This document shows, in pieces, positions 1 to 5,617 of a stretch of DNA of 8,349 nucleotides. The number at the start of each line of letters is the position of its first letter. The first letter of the stretch is position 1. The stretch covers positions 23,652 through 32,000 of the forward strand of contig CAJNOV010002229.1 of assembly GCA_905261645.1 (NCBI GenBank). The letters are read 5' to 3'. Made by a program: the position numbers and the translations under genes. The notes under the pieces are model-generated. The model worked only from the letters and a program-made list of their open reading frames with translations, ran no database searches and was not told where the DNA came from. This stretch comes from Rotaria magnacalcarata (Eukaryota).

Positions 1-378
1 GGTGAATCGTGATGGTTACAAGTATCGTAAAAAAAGCACTTCATCAATATAATATCTGGTGAAATAAAAACAAGTTCATGTTGTTTTAGTATTATATTTG
101 TGAACGAAGAATATTAAAAAAAAGTCTGTTACTACTGTTTAAAATAACATATAAATTTTAAATTTCTTTCTAGCAGTAACTTGTATGAGAAGAAGTCGAT
201 TGCGATTTGTGTAGGATCTTTGTTGCGCATAGCTTTTAAACAAATTCAATATTACAATTTCAAATCCAAGCATTCAGAACATGTAAATTCTATTCAACAG
301 AAGACTACGACGTTCATACGTTTAGAACCTGGCAAGAAAAAACGGTGATTGAAATGAAAGTAAGTCATTGATTTTCAT

Positions 379-663
379 GAGAAGCAAAGATGGAACATTC
401 TTGGAATGAAAAGAAAAAAAAGCCGAGGTCAATGGGAAGAATATGAAGAAAGCGATAGAAAAAAACATTTACCCGACTTAAAATTCTAGCGGAGTAGGTT
501 TTTTTCTTCAATGCATTTATCGCTTCGCTTGCTTCTTCTTCCTTTCATCGCTAACAGATTTATTACTGCTATTACTGGTAAAATAAAAAATGAAAAAAAA
601 GGAGGAAGAAAAAAGCCTCGAGAAGAATATTTATTAAATGGAGTTCTTTTCTCTTCTTTCTCA
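379..663. other. Alternating homopurine-rich and homopyrimidine-rich blocks upstream of gene A
   Basis: On the + strand, roughly 379..466 is purine-rich (gaagaatatgaagaaagcgatagaaaaaaac) and 499..550 is pyrimidine-rich (tttttttcttc..cgcttcgcttgcttcttcttcctttc). Then 579..626 is purine-rich (aaaaaaaaggaggaagaaaaaagcctcgagaagaat) and 643..663 is pyrimidine-rich (gttcttttctcttctttctc). Confidence 0.6.
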
Positions 664-691
664 TACAAGTAGCGTAGTTCGTCATATTATC

Positions 692-698
692 TATATAC
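692..698 (+). promoter_or_regulatory. Candidate TATA-like element (TATATAC) for gene A
   Basis: The sequence is cTATATACtatag, about 80 nt upstream of the ATG at 779. The only support is motif plus spacing. Confidence 0.25.
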
Positions 699-778
699 TA
701 TAGTTGGCTTGGCATTCCTTTTTTTATTTTCAAATTCATTTTCATATTCTCATAAGCCTTTACAAGTATTCAAACGAG

Positions 779-830
779 ATGATTGCATTTTGGACGGTTT
801 TCATAGCATTTTTTCTCTTGAACATTATTG
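779..830 (+). CDS. Gene A exon 1: start codon plus signal peptide (MIAFWTVFIAFFLLNII)
   Basis: ATG at 779..781. An in-frame TAG lies upstream at 701..703 with no ATG between. The 17 hydrophobic codons are followed by a consensus donor G|GTAAGT at 830/831. The exon ends in phase 1, matching the acceptor at 1233/1234. It was missed by the ORF track because it is only 52 nt. Confidence 0.65.
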
Positions 831-1809
831 GTAAGTTTGATGATTTCTTGTCGTTCGTGTCTAAATTACGTGTTACATAAGAGGAACCATTCGCAGAGCT
901 TTGATCTAATTGACGCGTTGCCAGAAAAAAATCTAGTTCTTGTAGAAATTGAAAAAATGAATGAAGAGCATAAAACATGTTTTATTCATAAGCCATTTGT
1001 TAAATAACTTCTATTGGAACAAAATGAAGTAAATGTTATATTAGAATGAATAAACGCATTCGTCAGTGTGCATAAAAAAAATCGACGAATGCCCTTACCT
1101 ATGAGAGAATACAACCATAAAGTTATGTAATTTAATAGATCTGGTCGAAGTAAATTTACATGATGGTATCTCTTGATCTTTGCTAAAAATATAATCTATC
1201 GGTGATCATGAATAGTTTTGTTTGTACTTTAAGTGATCCATGGAAATCGAGTTCGTCGTCATCGACGACAAACCTTGAATAGACCACTGGAGTCTATGAG
1301 CCAAAAATCATTATTATCGACTCCTCGAATTCTCAATAATGCAGAACAATATTTTGCACAGGAAGAGGATAAAAATAAATTTGTATCTGGAAAATCTGTA
1401 GGTCGACAATTTCATCCAAATCAACGCCATTATGGTTACGGATCAATACAAGCCATAAACTCTCCCTATTCAGGTTCGGGTGTGGGTCTTTATCAATATG
1501 GATATGGAGAATGTAAGATTAGATACACCTATGATAAAAATGTATCGATTTGTTGATTCTATTTTAGACGGCCAACTTGGACAAGGATCAGGACAATATG
1601 CTGCTTATTATAACAATCGATATCCTGGATCTTATGGTTTTTATCCAGGTTTTAATAGTGTGGGTTATTATGGATCGAATAATTACGCACCGCCAGGTGG
1701 AAATAATTATGGGTATTACATGTGGAATGATGGACGAAAACATAATATAAATAAGTTTTTTGTTTTCGTTTCTTTGTTGGTTAGTCTAGTGCCGTGCTTG
1801 AGAACGTAG
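779..1809 (+). CDS. Gene A (span of 3-exon model): secreted Gly/Tyr/Asn-rich low-complexity protein with N-terminal signal peptide and C-terminal hydrophobic (GPI-signal-like or TM) tail, 190 aa
   Basis: join(779..830,1234..1512,1568..1809) = 573 nt = 190 codons + TAG. Both splice junctions restore a single frame (G+TG=Val; T+AC=Tyr) and link track ORFs 1233..1556 and 1480..1809. Conceptual product: MIAFWTVFIAFFLLNIIVIHGNRVRRHRRQTLNRPLESMSQKSLLSTPRILNNAEQYFAQEEDKNKFVSGKSVGRQFHPNQRHYGYGSIQAINSPYSGSGVGLYQYGYGEYGQLGQGSGQYAAYYNNRYPGSYGFYPGFNSVGYYGSNNYAPPGGNNYGYYMWNDGRKHNINKFFVFVSLLVSLVPCLRT. No family recognised. Confidence 0.7.
1234..1512 (+). CDS. Gene A exon 2: polybasic stretch, acidic/polar linker, start of GY-rich region
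   Basis: Acceptor agttttgtttgtactttaAG|TG at 1233/1234 has a pyrimidine-rich tract. The frame is that of track ORF 1233..1556, whose M is really GTG. Donor GAAT|GTAAGA lies at 1512/1513. Read-through hits TGA at 1554..1556 after non-GY sequence, whereas splicing continues the GY-rich composition. Confidence 0.75.
1568..1809 (+). CDS. Gene A exon 3: GY/N-rich core and C-terminal hydrophobic tail, stop TAG 1807..1809
   Basis: Acceptor gattctattttAG|AC at 1567/1568 closes a 55-bp intron (1513..1567). The frame is that of track ORF 1480..1809. The tail FFVFVSLLVSLVPCL is encoded at 1756..1800, and only Arg-Thr follow it. Confidence 0.8.
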
Positions 1810-2121
1810 AAAATTCGAGAAAACAATTCTCGACGACTAGTAAACTCATCATCACTTTTTCTATGTAAATATTTGTACTATCACGTTTCTTTTATTCTAC
1901 GAGATTTTATTCCACCTATATTAAGTAAGATTATCTTCACTGTAAGTGTATTATGCTAATGTACTTTATTTTGTTGTTAGGTTTATCTCCTAATGAAATA
2001 TGTGTATAGCATAGACTGTTTTTTTAGCAATTGTTTCTCGACTATTTTGATAAGTTTCTTCGAAAAATGAATTGCAGATTTAATATCAGGAAAATAATGA
2101 AAAATACTTTTTTATATTAAT

Positions 2122-2127
2122 AATAAA
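2122..2127 (+). terminator. Candidate poly(A) signal AATAAA for gene A
   Basis: This is the first canonical AATAAA after the TAG at 1807..1809, about 310 nt downstream. Earlier variant hexamers (AATGAA near 1992 and 2067) could be used instead. Confidence 0.3.
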
Positions 2128-2872
2128 ATGATTTGACACTCTTTTTAAAGATCTCAAAGCACAAGGTTTAATCAGTTAATGTGTTAGAGTAGAAGAATGG
2201 AAGTTCCACGTGAAAATTGTTGACGAAATAAACATTACATATCTCACGGTAATATAAAGTATCTACGATCGGTAAACATGTAAATTAACTCAAGTCTAAA
2301 CATAAGAAATTGAAGGCACCAAGGATAGTGATATGAGAACAACGAAATTTATCGAGGACATTAAAGTGATAGCGATTTCTAGACGATCAGTCACAGTATG
2401 AAAATTTGTCATTAATAAAGATAAAATTGCAAATGATACGCAATCAAATTAAACTTATTTTTACGTTGAACTGTTCTTATTGTCCAGCTACATATGTGTA
2501 AAAGTCAAAATTCATTTTAAGTGACGCAGAATAACAAAAACAGACGTTTTTTTTTCATCGTTTACATTCAAAATGATCAATGAAAATTCGATGTCGCTTA
2601 TGAATGTTACAAGCGATCGTAATTTTGACATGTCAACTAGAGATGATCATGTTCGCCACTAAATGACAGAAACTTTTGTTTTATTAGCATTCTCAAACGC
2701 CATAGAAAGAATCAATTAGAAATACTGATCGCAATCAATGATAAATAAGAAAAAACAAAGATTGTGTTCAAGTCATTTTTACAATTCAGTAAAGTTTTTG
2801 TAATGAATTTTACGCAACGATCGATTTCGAGAGAAAACAGTCATGGCAACTATTGAATACAGAAAAATTCAT

Positions 2873-2878
2873 TTTATT
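2873..2878 (-). terminator. Candidate poly(A) signal AATAAA for gene B
   Basis: The - strand reads acacaAATAAAatgaa, about 104 nt downstream of the TAA at 2982..2984. A variant ATTAAA also occurs closer in, at 2956..2961(-). Confidence 0.4.
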
Positions 2879-2981
2879 TGTGTTATGTTCAAAAGTTAAA
2901 AAACGGAAATAAAATCACTCGATTCAGCAAGAGAACAGATAAAGAACTGAAAATGTTTAATTAGTCGATACTTTTGTATCT

Positions 2982-3161
2982 TTAGGCTTCATCAAATCTT
3001 CTCACTCGCATTAGATTTCGTTGATTGGCTTGCTGTATTAGCGGATTGAATGCAGCAGAAAATTTCAGCCAGAAAACATACATTAATAAACCGTGTATAG
3101 GCAACATTATCAACATATTGACAGCATTCATAATCGCCACTGGTGATGCACATACTGTTTC
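2982..3161 (-). CDS. Gene B exon 10: transmembrane helix and 27-aa cytoplasmic tail, stop TAA (2982..2984)
   Basis: Acceptor gtacaatatAG|GAAACAG has its first exon base at 3161, closing the 47-bp intron 3162..3208 in phase 0. It encodes ETVCASP-VAIMNAVNMLIMLPIHGLLMYVFWL-KFSAAFNPLIQQANQRNLMRVRRFDEA. The ~25-residue hydrophobic segment is coded at about 3066..3140. The other acceptors, gtAG at 3173/3172 and acAG at 3155/3154, give either a frame without a TM segment or an early stop. Confidence 0.7.
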   Translation of the reverse strand, partial: ETVCASPVAIMNAVNMLIMLPIHGLLMYVFWLKFSAAFNPLIQQANQRNLMRVRRFDEA

Positions 3162-5555
3162 CTATATTGTACTACATTGTAAATGATATTCACCGTCAAT
3201 CAACTTACGAAATCTTTTGGATACATGATCTGCATGGAAGAATCGCTATTGTTCACATGGATTGTAGTTGTATTTGCCAAAACTGACGCTGTTATGAACG
3301 AGAAAAATATTTTTTATATTTCGTTTTCGATAATTTTCATTTGATGTAATCAAGTAGTTTTATATATTACTGTACAGTGGGGGGAAATCGAATTCATTAC
3401 CTGTTGATGACGTTGCACTAGTTGTAGTAGTTAAATTATTTGTCGCGGTTGAAGTTGTCGTCAGCGTTGTTGTCGTTGATACAGCAATACCAGTAGTTGT
3501 AGACTGAAAAACATCAGGATTAAATACAAAAAATGATAAGATTTATTCAAATTACCAATGTATTAACAGTAGTAGTTGACAAAGGTCTTGTGGTTATTGT
3601 ACCAGTAGTAGGTGGTGTTGTTGTTGTTGTCGTAGTCGATGAAACCGCTGGATCCCAGATATCAAATGTCCAAAAAGTAGGATCTGTAATTGGCGAGGAT
3701 TCAGGTTCTAAAAATTGAATTGGTCCTACATGCCCTGTTCCGTTTTATTGAACTAACTTACTGCAAAAGACAGTACCACTAGCAACGCCTGCATCGACAA
3801 GAAAGATAGTTGGTTCGAAAACAAGAAGATCGAAGAAAAGTGCTTACCACTATCGAAAGTAACATAATACGAATGCCCAGGAATCCATGGCGGAGATGGA
3901 ATATAAAAAACTATGGTGTTACCAGTATATATCACATGAGAATCATAACCACAATCAATCGTATAAACACTTGTATTAGTCGCAGCGTCATTGAAATAAA
4001 CATTTGTGGAATTTCTAGATGGACGATTAACTGTATTTGTGGCTATGATCATGAAGCAAAGAATTTTCGATACAAAAGAAAAATAGAATTTCTTAACGAA
4101 GTGTACCTTGAATAGAAAAAGTCGTGTGATTAGAAAAAATAGTACCGATGGGTGAAGCGGTGCCTTGAATGGACGTCGCTCGGATCAGATCAGGAGAATT
4201 GTAACCAACCAAAAATGTAATACACCATTGGTTGGATTGAACAGTCGTGTTGTCGATAGCACCAGCGCAAAAACTTTGTGGGCCTACTTGATCAGCTGTT
4301 GGGATCCAGCTAAGAACAATTTGATAGAGATCTTAAATTACAAAGTTAAAAGCATGAAATACTAGAAGTAACGTACTATTTCCGATTTGCTGAATCGAAC
4401 TTTTTGTTAAGCCAACAGGTGAACTTGTAATGAAATCAACGATACTTGTGTCACTACAATAAACTTGTACTATAACTAATTCGTTAACAGTTGAACCAAT
4501 TGGCGTTCCAATACAAGCTAAAATACGAAACAAGCAGTTTTTTTCATGTTACCGATTGGAAGGAATTGATCAAAATGTGCACTTTGAATTCAATTTACCA
4601 GTATTGTGTTCTGTTTTCTTACCTCGGTTAGGTCGAATGCCAATAATAGCAGGAGGTGTACTGCAACCAGATGATGCTGTATAACCATAGAAAAGAAATT
4701 GAATAGGAACAGAACTCATTGGTGTCGGTGATGTAGTCGTATAAAAATCTTCGATTTGTAGAGCAACAGCAACATACATACTATCTTGAGTTAGTGTAAA
4801 TACAAGAGTACAATTATCAGAATATAACACAGCACCTGGTACACCTGAACAAACATCTGCACATTCATCGTATCCATTGATATTACTGGTGGATCCAATA
4901 GACCAACGGCATCGTACTGTATCGGATGAGTCAAAGTCGGACATTTGAACAACATGCACGTGCTGGACATTGATAGGTTTATATATAACGGGAAGTGTAG
5001 TCGCAATAGGACTGCTGTTTATGATGCCATCTGCACGAACAGTGGTATCGATTAGACAAACAAGACTCCACAAGCCACCACTACCAACAACAAGATTTAC
5101 AAACCAATTACCCGAGTTAAAAGCGATGCTGAAAGCTGCATTCAATGGTACTGTGCGCGTATAATAGATCTCTCCTGAACTAACGACACCGCCAACACTA
5201 TAATCAGTACAGTATGTTTCTGTATAGATTGGATTAGAGTTCCAATTAGAGCATGTGCCTGATACACAAAAAACACTACTGAAATCTCCGATAACACCTA
5301 ACGAAGCTATATAAGCATCATCGCAAAAGTAAGCAAGACGATTCCATGAGTATCTTTGACGGATTTGAATGTCAACCGTACTTCCAGAGGGAGTACTGTT
5401 GAAGGGACGCCTAAAGAAAGTATATATCCATCGTAGCATTACAAAAAGAGACGAACCATTTGAACTTACCAAGTGATTGTACCACCGCGAAAATGAGAAT
5501 TCTCAACAAATGAAATACATGCTAACACGACAACAATATTGAATTGGATAATCAT
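2982..5555 (-). CDS. Gene B (span of 10-exon model): 658-aa type I membrane glycoprotein with signal peptide, unassigned 10-Cys N-terminal domain, two Ig/cadherin-like-looking modules, Thr/Ser-rich stalk, one TM helix and short basic tail
   Basis: complement(join(2982..3161,3209..3288,3401..3503,3556..3707,3762..3788,3848..4042,4107..4331,4377..4517,4623..5410,5470..5555)) = 1977 nt = 658 codons + TAA. There are nine GT..AG introns of 59,105,45,64,59,54,52,112,47 bp. Every junction keeps one frame, and every unspliced read-through hits a stop within a few to ~34 codons. Product: MIIQFNIVVVLACISFVENSHFRGGTITWRPFNSTPSGSTVDIQIRQRYSWNRLAYFCDDAYIASLGVIGDFSSVFCVSGTCSNWNSNPIYTETYCTDYSVGGVVSSGEIYYTRTVPLNAAFSIAFNSGNWFVNLVVGSGGLWSLVCLIDTTVRADGIINSSPIATTLPVIYKPINVQHVHVVQMSDFDSSDTVRCRWSIGSTSNINGYDECADVCSGVPGAVLYSDNCTLVFTLTQDSMYVAVALQIEDFYTTTSPTPMSSVPIQFLFYGYTASSGCSTPPAIIGIRPNRACIGTPIGSTVNELVIVQVYCSDTSIVDFITSSPVGLTKSSIQQIGNNLYQIVLSWIPTADQVGPQSFCAGAIDNTTVQSNQWCITFLVGYNSPDLIRATSIQGTASPIGTIFSNHTTFSIQATNTVNRPSRNSTNVYFNDAATNTSVYTIDCGYDSHVIYTGNTIVFYIPSPPWIPGHSYYVTFDSGVASGTVFCKPESSPITDPTFWTFDIWDPAVSSTTTTTTTPPTTGTITTRPLSTTTVNTLSTTTGIAVSTTTTLTTTSTATNNLTTTTSATSSTASVLANTTTIHVNNSDSSMQIMYPKDFETVCASPVAIMNAVNMLIMLPIHGLLMYVFWLKFSAAFNPLIQQANQRNLMRVRRFDEA. 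Confidence 0.85.
3209..3288 (-). CDS. Gene B exon 9: juxtamembrane extracellular segment (SVLANTTTIHVNNSDSSMQIMYPKDF)
   Basis: Acceptor tcgttcataacAG|CG has its first exon base at 3288, closing the 112-bp intron 3289..3400, and G+CG gives Ala. Donor GATTTC|GTAAGT has its last exon base at 3209. The nearer acceptor ..actgtacAG|TAAT gives a stop after 6 codons. Confidence 0.65.
3401..3503 (-). CDS. Gene B exon 8: Thr/Ser-rich stalk (STTTGIAVSTTTTLTTTSTATNNLTTTTSATSST)
   Basis: Acceptor gatgtttttcAG|TCT has its first exon base at 3503, closing the 52-bp intron 3504..3555. Donor TCAACAG|GTAATG has its last exon base at 3401. It is stop-free in only this frame. Confidence 0.8.
3401..3650 (-). repeat. 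Thr/Ser-codon (ACN/TCN) low-complexity tract spanning exons 7-8, including an (ACA)5 microsatellite at 3616..3630
   Basis: The + strand reads ggtggtGTTGTTGTTGTTGTcgtagtcg at 3611..3638, with many other GTT/GTA/AGT triplets. On the - strand these are runs of Thr and Ser codons. The tract is interrupted by intron 3504..3555. Confidence 0.8.
3556..3707 (-). CDS. Gene B exon 7: linker plus start of Thr-rich stalk (PESSPITDPTFWTFDIWDPAVSSTTTTTTTPPTTGTITTRPLSTTTVNTL)
   Basis: Acceptor caatttttAG|AACCTG has its first exon base at 3707, closing the 54-bp intron 3708..3761. An alternative in-frame acceptor gcatgtAG|GACC would start the exon at 3725, giving a 36-bp intron and replacing Lys with RPIQFLE. 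Donor ACATTG|GTAATT has its last exon base at 3556. Confidence 0.75.
3762..3788 (-). CDS. Gene B exon 6: 27-nt microexon (G-VASGTVFC-K) supplying the partner Cys of exon 5
   Basis: Acceptor ttgtcgatgcAG|GC has its first exon base at 3788, closing the 59-bp intron 3789..3847. Donor TTTGCA|GTAAGT has its last exon base at 3762. Read-through hits TAG at 3753..3755. Its length is a multiple of 3, so inclusion cannot be proven from frame alone. Confidence 0.6.
3848..4042 (-). CDS. Gene B exon 5: beta-sandwich-like module (..VYTIDCGYDSHVIYTGNTIVFYIPSPPWIPGHSYYVTFDS)
   Basis: Acceptor catgatcatAG|CC has its first exon base at 4042, closing the 64-bp intron 4043..4106. The frame is that of track ORF 3753..4052(-). 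Donor GATAGTG|GTAAGC has its last exon base at 3848. Confidence 0.85.
4107..4331 (-). CDS. Gene B exon 4: second half of the module (..LSWIPTADQVGPQSFCAGAIDNTTVQSNQWCITFLVG..) and start of the next
   Basis: Acceptor ttgtaatttaAG|ATCTC has its first exon base at 4331, closing the 45-bp intron 4332..4376, and A+AT gives Asn. There are 74 stop-free codons with no start codon, so the exon is absent from the ORF track. Donor ATTCAAG|GTACAC has its last exon base at 4107. Confidence 0.8.
4377..4517 (-). CDS. Gene B exon 3: first half of a 4-Cys beta-sandwich-like module
   Basis: Acceptor tcgtattttAG|CTTGT has its first exon base at 4517, and G+CT gives Ala. The frame is that of track ORF 4333..4533(-). 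Donor GGAAATA|GTACGT has its last exon base at 4377. Read-through gives ...STLLLVFHAFNFVI then stop. Confidence 0.8.
4623..5410 (-). CDS. Gene B exon 2: 262 full codons encoding the 10-Cys N-terminal extracellular domain
   Basis: This is the core of the track's 300-aa ORF 4570..5472(-). The first 21 aa of that ORF (TTG-start, MVSSNG...) are the 59-bp intron 5411..5469, which ends in ctttctttAG. Its last 17 aa (GKKTEHNTGKLNSKCTF) are intron read-through beyond the donor CCGAG|GTAAGA at 4623/4622. Confidence 0.92.
5470..5555 (-). CDS. Gene B exon 1: ATG plus signal peptide (MIIQFNIVVVLACISFVENSHFRGGTIT, then a split Trp codon)
   Basis: ATG is the reverse complement of 5553..5555, with an in-frame TGA two codons upstream. 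A hydrophobic h-region IVVVLACISFV is present. Donor CACTTG|GTAAGT has its last exon base at 5470. The track ORF 5503..5691(-) is a different frame that overlaps this exon. Confidence 0.8.
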
Positions 5556-5609
5556 AATTCACGACACGATCACAAGATTGTTTTTTTTTGGTTATGAAAA
5601 ACTGATTGT

Positions 5610-5617
5610 TTTTTATA
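5610..5617 (-). promoter_or_regulatory. Candidate TATA box (TATAAAAA) for gene B
   Basis: The - strand reads tagTATAAAAAacaatcag, 55-62 nt upstream of the ATG at 5555. A second TATAAAAA lies at 5661..5668(-). In DNA this AT-rich, such motifs arise easily by chance. Confidence 0.3.

Noticed and set aside
2-68. Possible 3' end of an upstream + strand gene: open frame 2..49 (VNRDGYKYRKKSTSSI), TAA at 50..52, AATAAA at 63..68
   Set aside because: Only 16 codons are visible at the window edge, which is far too little to call a CDS.
486-668. Minus-strand 60-aa ORF (MYEKEEKRTPF...)
   Set aside because: The start is TTG. The sequence is a by-product of the homopurine and homopyrimidine tracts (K/E/F/S/L runs), and there is no start context or splice continuity.
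760-978. Minus-strand 72-aa ATG ORF
   Set aside because: It overlaps gene A exon 1 and its GGTAAGT donor in antisense, then runs into intron 1. Its sequence is polar and low-information, and its length is within chance expectation.
1815-1833. 7-bp inverted repeat TCGAGAA-aacaa-TTCTCGA immediately after the gene A stop codon
   Set aside because: The stem is short, does not extend, and is of a size expected by chance. A rho-independent terminator interpretation is irrelevant in a eukaryotic context.
2266-2823. Recurrence of the CG-rich palindrome CGATCG (2266, 2614, 2818; also 6489)
   Set aside because: Four copies against roughly 0.5-0.6 expected looks enriched in isolation. It is not remarkable once the thousands of possible hexamers are considered. 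The copies share no flanking sequence.
3812-3820. tRNA T-loop-like GGTTCGAAA (also AGTTCGATC at 7172..7180)
   Set aside because: No flanking acceptor, D or anticodon stems can be drawn. The first lies inside a gene B intron, and the second has only a 4-bp flanking stem.
4570-4622. C-terminal tail (GKKTEHNTGKLNSKCTF) and N-terminal 21 aa (5411..5472) of the 300-aa ORF taken as coding
   Set aside because: Both are bounded by consensus splice sites (GTAAGA donor at 4622; GTAAGT donor at 5469 and AG at 5412..5411). The apparent M at 5472 is TTG. The spliced model supplies a true ATG with signal peptide and a downstream TM.
3709-4709. PIQFL pentapeptide appearing both in exon 2 (coded ~4695..4709) and in the optional 5' extension of exon 7 (~3709..3723) as evidence of internal duplication
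   Set aside because: Only 5 residues match and there is no flanking similarity, so it is most likely coincidence. It is mentioned under the alternative-acceptor finding but not treated as a repeat.
4791-5006. Minus-strand 71-aa ORF nested inside exon 2
   Set aside because: It is an alternative frame of the same strand within a 262-codon exon whose main frame is continuous with nine other exons. There is no independent support.
3533-5164. Plus-strand track ORFs 3533..3718, 3810..4115, 4165..4365 and 4970..5164
   Set aside because: All lie antisense to gene B exons and introns. For example, the Val/Gly-rich 3533..3718 ORF is simply the complement of Thr codons. They cross the - strand introns, have no splice-consistent continuation, and some start with non-ATG codons.
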